DNA of 52,123 nt from Coleofasciculus chthonoplastes F2-STO-03 (GTDB taxonomy: Bacteria > Cyanobacteriota > Cyanobacteriia > Cyanobacteriales > Coleofasciculaceae): NCBI GenBank assembly GCA_040222015.1, contig JAVJWO010000016.1, positions 1-52,123 on the forward strand, in the 5' to 3' direction. The notes under the pieces were generated by a model, which was not told the origin of the DNA, did no database searches, and saw only the letters and a program-made list of their open reading frames with translations. The position numbers and the translations under genes were made by a program. Positions 29,311 through 38,496 of this stretch are shown here, piece by piece. Positions within the stretch are counted from its first letter, which is position 1; every line of letters starts with the position of its first letter.

Positions 29311-32300
29311 ATGAGTCTCAATGTAGTTAATTTAGTTGGTCGAGTGGGCGCAGACCCAGATGTCAGGTATTTCGGTGCGACCCGTTAGATGGGAAAGTTA
29401 CCCCCTTGGGTAACGTGCCATCTGCGTAGATTATGACAACCAATGTCATAAGTCTACGACAACTGGGTGTTTGGGTAGGTGAGGGTCAAACCAATTCCTA
29501 CCGTCGTGATGCAGACGAGGCAACACTCCCACTGGAGAGACTGACTATCAACCTGGTGAAGCGGGGTGTAACGAAGGTAATCACAAACCCATTGTGAAAT
29601 CCCTTCTAGCCGAGATGAGTACGAGTAAGGTTAACTGAATCCATGTCTGAACCGTCGTAACTGATAACAGCCTACATGGGTTATTGGCTGAGCCAAAAGG
29701 CAAGGATAAGGGCTGGGCAACTCGAAGTTTGACCCAGGGCATCCCCAAAGAAACCCGGCGGATAGTGGAACTCTAACCTCATCGCCAAGCAAACACCCGG
29801 AACGGGGTAATCCAGCGTACATCTCTCGGATTGGTCGATAACCGAGTAGGCAGTCAAGCCGCATGATTACGTTGGACAAGATTGACTCAGAAGCAAACGC
29901 CTTTAGGAAACTAAGGGATACGCCCACGGAGTCACGGTTATTTGGAGATGGAGAATCAAGTAAGAGTCAATAAGTTATGAACACGGTTAAACCGATGTAT
30001 GGATGGGAGACAATTAACTGGACAAAAGTTCAGCGAAATGTCTTCAAGCTCCAAAAGAGAATCTATCGAGCCTCAGAACGTGGCGATGTCAAGGCTGTCC
30101 GTAAGTTGCAGAGGTTGTTGACGAACTCAAGGGATGCCAAACTCCTGGCTGTTCGGAAAGTGACCCAAGACAACCGTGGTAAAAACACGGCAGGAGTGGA
30201 TGGGGTAAAAAGACTCAGGAATAAGCAGAAGCTAAATCTAGCCGAAAGCCTAAAGCTGAATGACAAAGCCCAACCCACCCGAAGAGTCTGGATACCTAAG
30301 CCAGGAAAGGACGAAAAACGTCCCCTTGGAATCCCAACGATGAGAGAAAGAGCCAATCAAGCGCTAGTCAAACTAGCTCTTGAACCAGAATGGGAGGTAA
30401 AGTTTGAGCCTAACTCATACGGGTTCCGACCAGGACGGTCTGCTCATGATGCGATCGCGGCAATCTTTAATGGTATCAACCAAAAGGACAAATACGTCCT
30501 AGATGCTGATATCGAGAAGTGCTTTGACCGAATCGATCACCAAAAGCTACTCGAAAAACTAAATACTTACCCTAAACTTAGACGGCAAATCAAAGCATGG
30601 CTAAAGTCCGGGGTAATGGATGGCAGGGAATTATTCCCAACCGAGGCGGGTACACCTCAAGGAGGAGTATTATCGCCCCTGCTGGCTAATATTGCCCTTC
30701 ATGGCTTAGAAATTCTCTTAGAAAGCCATTTCAACCGTCGAGTAGCAAATGGGAGAAAAAGAAAGGTCACGGTCATAAGATATGCCGATGACTTTGTGGT
30801 ATTGGACACCGAGCTTCAAGTTATCACTGAAGCCAAGGAGGTCACTGAAGCCTGGTTGAAAGAAATCGGGTTAAAGCTCAAAGACAGTAAGACCCGAATC
30901 ACCCAAACCTTCGTAAACCATGAAGGAAACATAGGTTTTGACTTCCTCGGATACAATATTAGCCAATATCCCTGTAGCAATAAGCAATCGGGATCAGTCG
31001 GCGGTACAGAGCAGAAGAGAGGCTTCAAAACTCTCATCAAACCCAGTAAAGAGGCAATAGAACGTCATCTAAAGACAATAGATGACATCATCCAAAGGAA
31101 CAAAAACTCAAGTCAAGAGAAACTTATCAATGTGCTAAACCCAATCATAAGGGGATGGTCAACAGACTACTCTACTGTCAACAGTAAGAGAGTTCTTGAT
31201 AAGATTGACAGTATCGTGTTCCAAAAACTCAGAGGATGGGCTTTCTTTAGAAGAAGCCGAAATCAAAATAACACTGATGTAATATCAAATTACTGGGGAG
31301 TCAACAGAGGGCTTGGGTGGAAATTTATAACACCAGACAATAAATACTGTTTGGAAAAGCATAGCCAGACACCCATCAAACGACACATCAAAGTCAAAGG
31401 GCAAAGAAGTCCATTCGACGGAGATTGCGTCTATTGGGGCAAACGGCTATCCAGCTACCCAGGACTCAAGAAAACCACCCGCTCATTGCTCAAAAGGCAA
31501 AACGGGAAATGCAACGAATGTGGTTTAAGCCTCACAATAGATGACGTGATTGAAACACATCATCGAGATGGCAACCGATCAACAACCAACTTGAAAATCT
31601 AGAACTGTTACACGGACATTGCCATGACATCAAACATGCTAAAGGTATCTATTCACGACCAAATAACTGAGGAGCCGTGTGAAGGGAAACTTTCACGCAC
31701 GGTTCTGAATCAGAGGTAGGAAAGGTGACTTTTCTATCGACTGTAATAGTCGGGCAGTGTTTTGTGTACGTTATCACTAGCTGTGAATCGTCGCAGCCGC
31801 AACAGTGATAAGCCTGACTGGTTCAATCTCGAGCTTTGGGGGAAGACAGCAGGTGCGATTCGTTTCTCTGAAACCGTTGCTGCATAAAGCATCCGGGGGA
31901 TAGAGAGCAAGGAAAAAATCCTTGATAACTGAACGGAACATGAAGGTGAAAGTCCTTCCCCTCTAGCAACTGAGGTGAAAGCATATCCCTCATCTCAAGT
32001 CCTGGTAAGACTCAAAGATGCAAGCAAGGGATAAACGGCAAAACCCAGATAACTCAATCTGGCTCATGCCTAGCAAGAGACTCAAGAGTAACGAAAGTGA
32101 AAGTGCGCTTGAATCGTCGTCATTGCCAATGGGGAAATGAGTACAGGGATAAAACCCACCCCAAGCCAAAAGGCAAGGATAAGGATCAGCAAGTCTGCTG
32201 TTGACTGATCAGTTGCTCAAATAAACCCGGCGAATAGCACGGCTCTAAAAGCCTCAAAATGACCGTTCGGAACGAAGTAACTTCCAAAAAGCTCTTGTGA

Positions 32301-34405
32301 GGTCGATTACACAAGAAGGATACCATCCGCAAGCTTCAGGAAGTGGGATTGAGTCAGAAGCGAACGCCCTGTGTAATGGCAGGGATATGCAAACAGACTC
32401 ACGGTGTATTGGAAGAAATAGTCTTGAGTGAGAGTAATGTCTAAAACGCTGAACAATCAGACGGTGGAATGGAACAAGCTGCCCTGGAAACAGATTGAGC
32501 GCAGAGTGTTCAAGCTCCAAAAGAGAATATTTCGAGCCTCGCAACGTGGTGACGTTAAAGCTGTTCGTAGACTCCAGAAGACATTGATGAGATCCTGGTC
32601 AGCCAAGTGTCTTGCGATACGAAAAGTTACACAGGATAACCGAGGCAAAAGAACTGCTGGAGTGGATGGATTGAAGAATCTGACACCAAAGCAAAGGATG
32701 AGCCTGGTAAGCCAATTAAAGGTAACAGGGAAAGCCCTTCCTGCCAGAAGAGTCTGGATAGACAAACCTGGTAGAGACGAAAAGCGTTCATTGGGAATAC
32801 CCACAATGCAAGATAGAGCGAAACAAGCCATTGTAAAGCTCATACTAGAACCCGAATGGGAAGCTAAATTTGAGTCAAACAGTTACGGCTTCAGACCAGG
32901 TAGGTCAGCCCATGATGCTATCGAGGCAATATTCCAGCACATTAACCGCAAAGAAAAATATGTGCTAGATGCAGATATATCGCAATGTTTCGATAAAATC
33001 GACCACATCACCCTCTTAGAAAAACTCAATACATTCCCTGTCCTACGCCGTCAAATAAAAGCATGGCTTAAAGCAGGAGTTATAGATAGGGGAACCTTCT
33101 CAAAAACAGAGAAAGGAACACCGCCATCGGGTGTGATATCGCCACTACTAGCCAACATAGCCTTACACGGTTTTGAGGATTACATTTCAAGCTTTAAAAA
33201 GGCTGGAAGGTATCCCAATGGTCAGGCTAAAAAGTCGAGCGCAACAGTGATCAGATACGCTGATGACTTTGTAATACTGCACGAATCTAAAGAATTTGTG
33301 GAGTACCTACAACAAAAGGCGGAAGAATGGTTGAGCAGAATGGGACTAGAATTGAAGGCTAGTAAAACCAGGGTATGCCATACATCCGAAGGATTTGATT
33401 TTCTCGGATTTAACGTAAGGCAGTATAAGGTAGGTGCATACCGAGCTGCAAAAGTGGGGAAAGCCGGACGGCAAGAACCCATAAACCTTGGTTTTAAAGC
33501 ACTCATCAAGCCCAGCAACAAGGCAATTAAACAGCATCTAGACGAAATCAAAAGAATTATCAAGGCACATCACGGTTCACCCCAAGAAGCCTTGATAAGT
33601 AGATTAAATCCGGTCATAAGAGGCTGGTGCAACTACTATTCGTCTGTATCGAGCAAAGACACATTCTCTGAATGTGGAAGCTTGGTATTCTCCATGTTAA
33701 AAGCCTGGGCAAAACGCAAGTGTACGAGACGTAATTCCTCTGAGATCATCCGAAAATATTGGAGAACAATAGGAGGAGACAATTGGGCATTTGCTACCGA
33801 AGATGGACACAAACTAATCAAACACCAAGAAACGCCCATAGTCAGGCACAATAAAATACAAGGTGTAAGTAGTCCATTCGACGGAAGAGATTCATACTGG
33901 AGTCTAAGAACAAAGAGCTATCCTGGATTAATTCCTAGAGGAAAGAAACTTTGGGAACGCCAGAAGGGAAAATGCGAATACTGTGGATTATTGTTCAGGA
34001 ACGAAGACGTGATGGAAGTCGATCACAAAACACCTCCCTTGTTTAGGGGGATAAGATACGATGAATAACCTACAGCTTCTACACGCGCATTGTCACGATG
34101 TCAAGGGTACGCATGAAAAGCGCCAATCCACCGAGGAGCCGTGTGCGGTGAAAGTTGCAAGCACGGTTTTGAAAGAGAGGGTAACGAAGTAATTCGTTAT
34201 TCGACTCGAACAAGTGGCGGCAAATTACGTGCGGAAGGGGAGCTTGATTGGGATTCAAGGAGCGCTGAAGATTGATCCGTTAACCACGCGGGATGGTCAC
34301 AATTATCACAAGCCCGTTATCCGGGTGGATCGAATGGATTTGTTAGGATCTAAACGAGATAATGATCCCAGCACGGTCGATCACTACAGCGAGACAGAGT
34401 TCTAA
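29311..34405 (+). CDS. ssb: Single-stranded DNA-binding protein, 120 aa, join(29311..29374,31748..31852,34212..34405)
   Basis: The spliced product is MSLNVVNLVGRVGADPDVRYF-E-SGSVLCTLSLAVNRRSRNSDKPDWFNLELWGKTA-E-VAANYVRKGSLIGIQG...YSETEF*, an uninterrupted 363-nt frame. It sits between mreB and SIMPL as in other cyanobacteria. Confidence 0.95.
29375..31747 (+). mobile_element. Group II intron 1 (IIB / CL-like) in ssb
   Basis: 5' end GTGCG. EBS1 CGAAGT (29723-29728) pairs with exon ATTTCG; EBS2 CTGATA (29661-29666) pairs with TGTCAG. Domain V at 31672-31705, then domain VI ending ...AAT. Confidence 0.95.
29977..31602 (+). CDS. Group II intron reverse transcriptase/maturase; HNH domain frameshifted
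   Basis: RVT_N, RPLGIP, SYGFRPGRS, GTPQGG, YADD and domain X. The HNH tail NLELLHGHCHD continues in another frame to TGA at 31670. Confidence 0.93.
   Translation: MNTVKPMYGWETINWTKVQRNVFKLQKRIYRASERGDVKAVRKLQRLLTNSRDAKLLAVRKVTQDNRGKNTAGVDGVKRLRNKQKLNLAESLKLNDKAQPTRRVWIPKPGKDEKRPLGIPTMRERANQALVKLALEPEWEVKFEPNSYGFRPGRSAHDAIAAIFNGINQKDKYVLDADIEKCFDRIDHQKLLEKLNTYPKLRRQIKAWLKSGVMDGRELFPTEAGTPQGGVLSPLLANIALHGLEILLESHFNRRVANGRKRKVTVIRYADDFVVLDTELQVITEAKEVTEAWLKEIGLKLKDSKTRITQTFVNHEGNIGFDFLGYNISQYPCSNKQSGSVGGTEQKRGFKTLIKPSKEAIERHLKTIDDIIQRNKNSSQEKLINVLNPIIRGWSTDYSTVNSKRVLDKIDSIVFQKLRGWAFFRRSRNQNNTDVISNYWGVNRGLGWKFITPDNKYCLEKHSQTPIKRHIKVKGQRSPFDGDCVYWGKRLSSYPGLKKTTRSLLKRQNGKCNECGLSLTIDDVIETHHRDGNRSTTNLKI
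31853..34211 (+). mobile_element. Group II intron 2 (IIB / CL-like) in ssb
   Basis: 5' end GTGCG. EBS1 CTGCTG (32195-32200) is perfectly complementary to the exon-2 end CAGCAG. Domain V at 34136-34169, then domain VI ending ...AAC. Confidence 0.95.
32437..34068 (+). CDS. Group II intron reverse transcriptase/maturase; altered PQG motif, HNH domain frameshifted
   Basis: RVT_N, SYGFRPGRS, GTPPSG (in place of GTPQGG), YADD and GWCNYY. The HNH tail NLQLLHAHCHD is out of frame and preceded by a TAA at 34052. Confidence 0.92.
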   Translation: MSKTLNNQTVEWNKLPWKQIERRVFKLQKRIFRASQRGDVKAVRRLQKTLMRSWSAKCLAIRKVTQDNRGKRTAGVDGLKNLTPKQRMSLVSQLKVTGKALPARRVWIDKPGRDEKRSLGIPTMQDRAKQAIVKLILEPEWEAKFESNSYGFRPGRSAHDAIEAIFQHINRKEKYVLDADISQCFDKIDHITLLEKLNTFPVLRRQIKAWLKAGVIDRGTFSKTEKGTPPSGVISPLLANIALHGFEDYISSFKKAGRYPNGQAKKSSATVIRYADDFVILHESKEFVEYLQQKAEEWLSRMGLELKASKTRVCHTSEGFDFLGFNVRQYKVGAYRAAKVGKAGRQEPINLGFKALIKPSNKAIKQHLDEIKRIIKAHHGSPQEALISRLNPVIRGWCNYYSSVSSKDTFSECGSLVFSMLKAWAKRKCTRRNSSEIIRKYWRTIGGDNWAFATEDGHKLIKHQETPIVRHNKIQGVSSPFDGRDSYWSLRTKSYPGLIPRGKKLWERQKGKCEYCGLLFRNEDVMEVDHKTPPLFRGIRYDE

Positions 34406-34408
34406 ACG

Positions 34409-35140
34409 TTAGTAGCTAATTTGCAGGGTTACGGATGCCTGTACCTCTTGCTCACCACCAATAATGGGTGTCGGAGCATTTTGGGCAAAGGACTCCGCCC
34501 TGCTCATCAGCGGCATGGGTGGAGACGGTGGTGTGGCACCATTAATTTGAATGTTCACGATATCTTGACGGGTGAGGTTCAAGGTATTTAACACCGCATC
34601 GGCTTGCTGTTGGGCATCCTGAGTGGCTTCTCGTAGTGCTTGTTTTTGAGCCGTGGCGATCGCACTTTCGGGGGCGGTAAAGCTAATCGAGTCGATGCGG
34701 GTAGCACCAGCAGCCACAGCATCATCCAAAAGGCTTCCCGCCTGTTCTGTGGGAATGCGGAAACTGACCGTGTTACTGGCAGAATACCCGATCAGGCGTT
34801 GCTGATTGTTCTCATAGCTATAGACAGGGTTGAGCTGGATACTGGTGGTTTGGAGTTGTTCAACATTACGCGATCGCAGCAACTCCACCACCGCCGCTGA
34901 CTGACGTGCCACTTCTTGTTGCACCTGTTGTGCTGTTTTTCCCTGTACCTCAACCCCTAACTGCACTCGGGTCAAAGTTGTGGGAATTCGTTCTACGCCT
35001 TGTCCGGTTACCGTGAGCGTTCGTAACAATCGCTCCTGCGCGATCGCGGGATTTATGCATCCGAGCATCACTAAACCCAAAACCCCAGCCATCACCTGTA
35101 ACTTTTTTTGGCTCAGAAAACGGGAACATAAATCTGTCAT
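34409..35140 (-). CDS. SIMPL (DUF541) domain protein
   Basis: Signal peptide, LTVTGQG, L.P.Y, GY.ASNTV and GEQEV.ASV...Y. Confidence 0.9.
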   Translation of the reverse strand: MTDLCSRFLSQKKLQVMAGVLGLVMLGCINPAIAQERLLRTLTVTGQGVERIPTTLTRVQLGVEVQGKTAQQVQQEVARQSAAVVELLRSRNVEQLQTTSIQLNPVYSYENNQQRLIGYSASNTVSFRIPTEQAGSLLDDAVAAGATRIDSISFTAPESAIATAQKQALREATQDAQQQADAVLNTLNLTRQDIVNIQINGATPPSPPMPLMSRAESFAQNAPTPIIGGEQEVQASVTLQISY

Positions 35141-35227
35141 TTTATAAATTCTCCAAACACCGATAGATTAAGCCTTAACTTTGACACCATAGAGCATTAT
35201 CATTTCTGGGGTTCTGAACTGTTGCGG

Positions 35228-36560
35228 TTAAAATTGTAGAATATTGTAGATATATAGTAAAATATTCGGAAGCTTCTTGGGATATTGTCGGGGGCGGCAT
35301 CGCCATGAAATTGGTCTCTAGACACGTCATCAACCGAAATCATGCCTACTGGCAGGAGGCAGATGCATTGGCGTTTAAGTCAAAGAATCTTTACAACAGC
35401 GCCAATTATTTGTGCCGTCAACACTTCTTTGAAACGGGTAATCGGTATACCCTACCAACTCTCTATCACTTAGTTAAAGATAGTGAGTCTTATCGAGCAA
35501 TGCCGACCAAAGTCTCGAAACAAATCATTAAAAAGCTGGTGGAGACTTGGAAATCTTATATGGCGGCTCACCAAGATTGGTTACAGCACCCAAACAAATA
35601 CAAGAGTGAACCCCGCCTTCCTCGATACAAGGACAAGGTCAAAGGTCGAAACATCGTCATTTACCATCACGAGTCCATATACAAGGCTGACCTAAAGCAA
35701 GGACGCTGCCACTTATCCATGAGTAATATCAGCGTTCCGACTAAGGTCTCTAATATTGTCGAGGCGCGGATTGTTCCGAGTTGCAACTGTTATATTTTGG
35801 AGATTGTCTATGAGTCACCCGATGTCAAGTTAATGAAGTCAGAGTGGGTAGCAGGGATTGATTTAGGTGTCGATAATCTAGTGGCTTTAACGTCAAACCA
35901 ACCCGGTTTTCAGCCAATGTTGGTTAATGGAAGACCACTTAAGAGTCGAAACCAATACTACAACAAGCTCAAAGCTTTCCTCCAAAGCAACCTACCAGCC
36001 GAAAGCCGAACCAGCAAACGGATACAGGCTCTAACCTATCACCGCAATCGATTTGTGGAAAACTACCTGCATAACACCAGCCGACTGATTGTAAATCGGC
36101 TCAAACAGCAAGGTATCGGCACTCTGGTTATTGGCAAAAATGAGGGTTGGAAACAACAGGTGAACATGGGTAAACGGAATAATCAAAAGTTTGTCAACAT
36201 CCCTCATGCTATTCTCATCAACCAGATAACTTACAAATGCGAACTGGCAGGTATCAAAGTAGTCATAATAGAGGAACGTTATACCTCCAAAACATCAGCT
36301 ATCGACCTAGAGCCTCCTTACAAGCAATCAAAATATGCTGGGAAGCGGGTTAAAAGAGGTCTGTTTAAGTCCAGAAGTGGACGTGTGATTAATGCGGACA
36401 TCAATGGAAGCATCCAAATTATCCGCAAGCATCTCCCAGAGGCGTTTACCGTCGAGGGAGTAGTGAGCTGCGCCGTGCAGCCGATACTGCTTAACCCAGT
36501 ATGAAAGACTAAACTACAAGTTTCTATAAGTTTAGTCTACACGGTTACAGTTTTTGTAAC
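35228..36560 (+). mobile_element. Non-autonomous TnpB-only insertion sequence (IS200/IS605/IS607 superfamily); ends approximate
   Basis: ATTGTAGA repeats at 35233 and 35243 upstream. Downstream hairpins at 36506-36538 and 36544-36560 are the likely omegaRNA/right end. No tnpA present. Confidence 0.65.
35305..36504 (+). CDS. tnpB: RNA-guided endonuclease TnpB
   Basis: SKNLYN, AGIDLGVDNL, LVIGKN..WKQ, EERYTS and NADING motifs. Confidence 0.92.
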   Translation: MKLVSRHVINRNHAYWQEADALAFKSKNLYNSANYLCRQHFFETGNRYTLPTLYHLVKDSESYRAMPTKVSKQIIKKLVETWKSYMAAHQDWLQHPNKYKSEPRLPRYKDKVKGRNIVIYHHESIYKADLKQGRCHLSMSNISVPTKVSNIVEARIVPSCNCYILEIVYESPDVKLMKSEWVAGIDLGVDNLVALTSNQPGFQPMLVNGRPLKSRNQYYNKLKAFLQSNLPAESRTSKRIQALTYHRNRFVENYLHNTSRLIVNRLKQQGIGTLVIGKNEGWKQQVNMGKRNNQKFVNIPHAILINQITYKCELAGIKVVIIEERYTSKTSAIDLEPPYKQSKYAGKRVKRGLFKSRSGRVINADINGSIQIIRKHLPEAFTVEGVVSCAVQPILLNPV

Positions 36561-36657
36561 TCTTTGGTTTGATTGGTAGCCAAGCTCCCAGACGCGCCAT
36601 GGCACGTCTCTACAAGCTCCCTGTTCCCTATTCCCTGTTCCCTGTAGAATAGAACCC

Positions 36658-38121
36658 ATGCTTTTTTCTCAATCCGTAGCTGATGCAACTGCCTGGGTGA
36701 GTTCCCTAACTCCCCCCTTTAGCTTCCCCTGGCTATCTGCCCACCACTCTCTGATCGCCGCCGCCAGTGAAGCCACCACCAGCGAAGCCGAAAATAGTTC
36801 ATTAATCTTCGCTGGCGTATTGCTGAGTTTAGTCGTCATTTACTTCGCCAGCAAATTAGGCGGCGAACTTTGTGCGCGGATTAACTTGCCACCTGTACTG
36901 GGGGAACTCGTTGGTGGTGTCGTTGTGGGAGTCTCAGCGCTGCATCTACTTGTTTTTCCCGAAGCCGGGGCAGATGCGGCTAGCTCCATGATTGTCAGCT
37001 TCCTGGAACGTACAGGGGGTTTAAACCCAATGGCGGCTGAGTCGGTGTTTGAGACTCAGAGTGAGGTGATCTCAGTTTTATCCGAACTGGGGGTGGTGAT
37101 TCTTCTATTTGAAATTGGATTGGAATCGGATTTGCAAGAACTAATCCGAGTTGGTCCACAAGCGGCTGTTGTCGCCATTGTTGGGGTGATTGTTCCCTTT
37201 GCCGCCGGAACCGCTGGGTTAACCTATTTATTCGACGTTCCAGCCGTCCCAGCCATTTTTGCAGGGGCGGCGCTAACCGCTACCAGTATTGGGATTACCG
37301 CCAAAGTTTTAGCCGAAATTGGCAGTCTCAGTTCTAAAGAAGGTCAAATTATCATTGGTGCAGCGGTATTAGACGACGTGTTAGGCATCATCGTGCTAGC
37401 GGTGGTAGCGAGTTTAGCCAAAACCGGGGAAATCGCGATCGCGAATGTCATTTATCTAATCATCAGTGCGGGTGTCTTTTTAGTCGGTGCGATTTTAGTG
37501 GGACGCTTTCTCGGTCCCTACTTTGTCGCCTTGGTGGATGAAATGAAGACAAGGGGTCAGCTTTTACTCACCGCCCTGATTTTTGCCGCGATTCTGTCTT
37601 ACATTGCCGCCGCGATTCAACTTGAAGCTATTTTAGGCGCATTTGCCGCTGGTTTAATCCTGGCAGAAACCGATAAACGCCGGGAATTAGAGGAACAGGT
37701 GTTACCTGTGGCAGATGTCCTCACCCCGATTTTCTTTGTCGTGGTGGGTGCCAAAACCGATTTAAGTGTCCTTAATCCAGCGGTTCCCAGTAATCGGGAA
37801 GGGTTGATTTTGGCACTGTTCCTGATCGTGGTGGCGATTATCGGTAAGGTAGTCACAGGCTTTACTGTCTTTGGTCAACCGGGTATAAATCGTTTGGCAA
37901 TTGGTGTGGGGATGATACCCCGAGGCGAAGTGGGACTGGTTTTTGCTGGCGTCGGTTCAGCAAGTGGGGCGCTTTCTGATGCAACTGAAGCAGCGATTAT
38001 CATGATGGTGATTTTAACCACGTTTATCGCTCCCCCCTTATTGCGATTAGTCTTAAAAGAACCCGAAACTGTCCCCGGATCAGAGCCAGTGGAAACCCTG
38101 TCAGAGTCTAAACCCGAATGA
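36658..38121 (+). CDS. CPA2 Na+/H+ antiporter (NhaS3-like)
   Basis: PPVLGEL, LFEIGLESD, TATSIGIT, GAAVLDD and GMIPRGEVG motifs. Confidence 0.92.
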   Translation: MLFSQSVADATAWVSSLTPPFSFPWLSAHHSLIAAASEATTSEAENSSLIFAGVLLSLVVIYFASKLGGELCARINLPPVLGELVGGVVVGVSALHLLVFPEAGADAASSMIVSFLERTGGLNPMAAESVFETQSEVISVLSELGVVILLFEIGLESDLQELIRVGPQAAVVAIVGVIVPFAAGTAGLTYLFDVPAVPAIFAGAALTATSIGITAKVLAEIGSLSSKEGQIIIGAAVLDDVLGIIVLAVVASLAKTGEIAIANVIYLIISAGVFLVGAILVGRFLGPYFVALVDEMKTRGQLLLTALIFAAILSYIAAAIQLEAILGAFAAGLILAETDKRRELEEQVLPVADVLTPIFFVVVGAKTDLSVLNPAVPSNREGLILALFLIVVAIIGKVVTGFTVFGQPGINRLAIGVGMIPRGEVGLVFAGVGSASGALSDATEAAIIMMVILTTFIAPPLLRLVLKEPETVPGSEPVETLSESKPE

Positions 38122-38496
38122 CTTAATCATCCCCAGTTCTCCTGAAGTACAAGCAGGGGGAGCAATGTAGAGACGTGCCATGGCGCGTCTGGGAGCAGGG
38201 GGAGCAGTTGGGATTGTTCATCCGAAAAGGGACTATACTATTTTTTTTGAAACTTAAATTCGTTACTCTACGTCCCTGAAAGCTGACTGTCTATAACCGC
38301 TACTCAACTCTAACTTGGGTGAGTCACATTGGCTTAAACCAGGGTTGAAACAACTACAGCAGTTAGATTTCGGGATATAGGGTAAACCTGATCAACCGGA
38401 ATAAGTTGGGTTTGACACTCAGCAACTGTCTCAAGTGAAAAGCCACCCACCCAAATGCTATATGCAGCACCGAGCTTTAAGTTAGGAGCAATAATT

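Noticed and set aside
29631..33851. Minus-strand ORFs inside the introns (29631, 30063, 30816, 32254, 32457, 33222, 33346, 33636)
   Set aside because: They are antisense shadows of ribozyme or RT sequence with no recognisable motifs.
29977..34068. RTs as retron, DGR or defence-associated RTs, or as a twintron
   Set aside because: Each RT lies in its own GTGCG...domain V/VI intron. The introns are sequential, separated by a 105-nt ssb exon, not nested.
34214..34405. Stand-alone 63-aa protein from the ORF track
   Set aside because: It is exon 3 of ssb.
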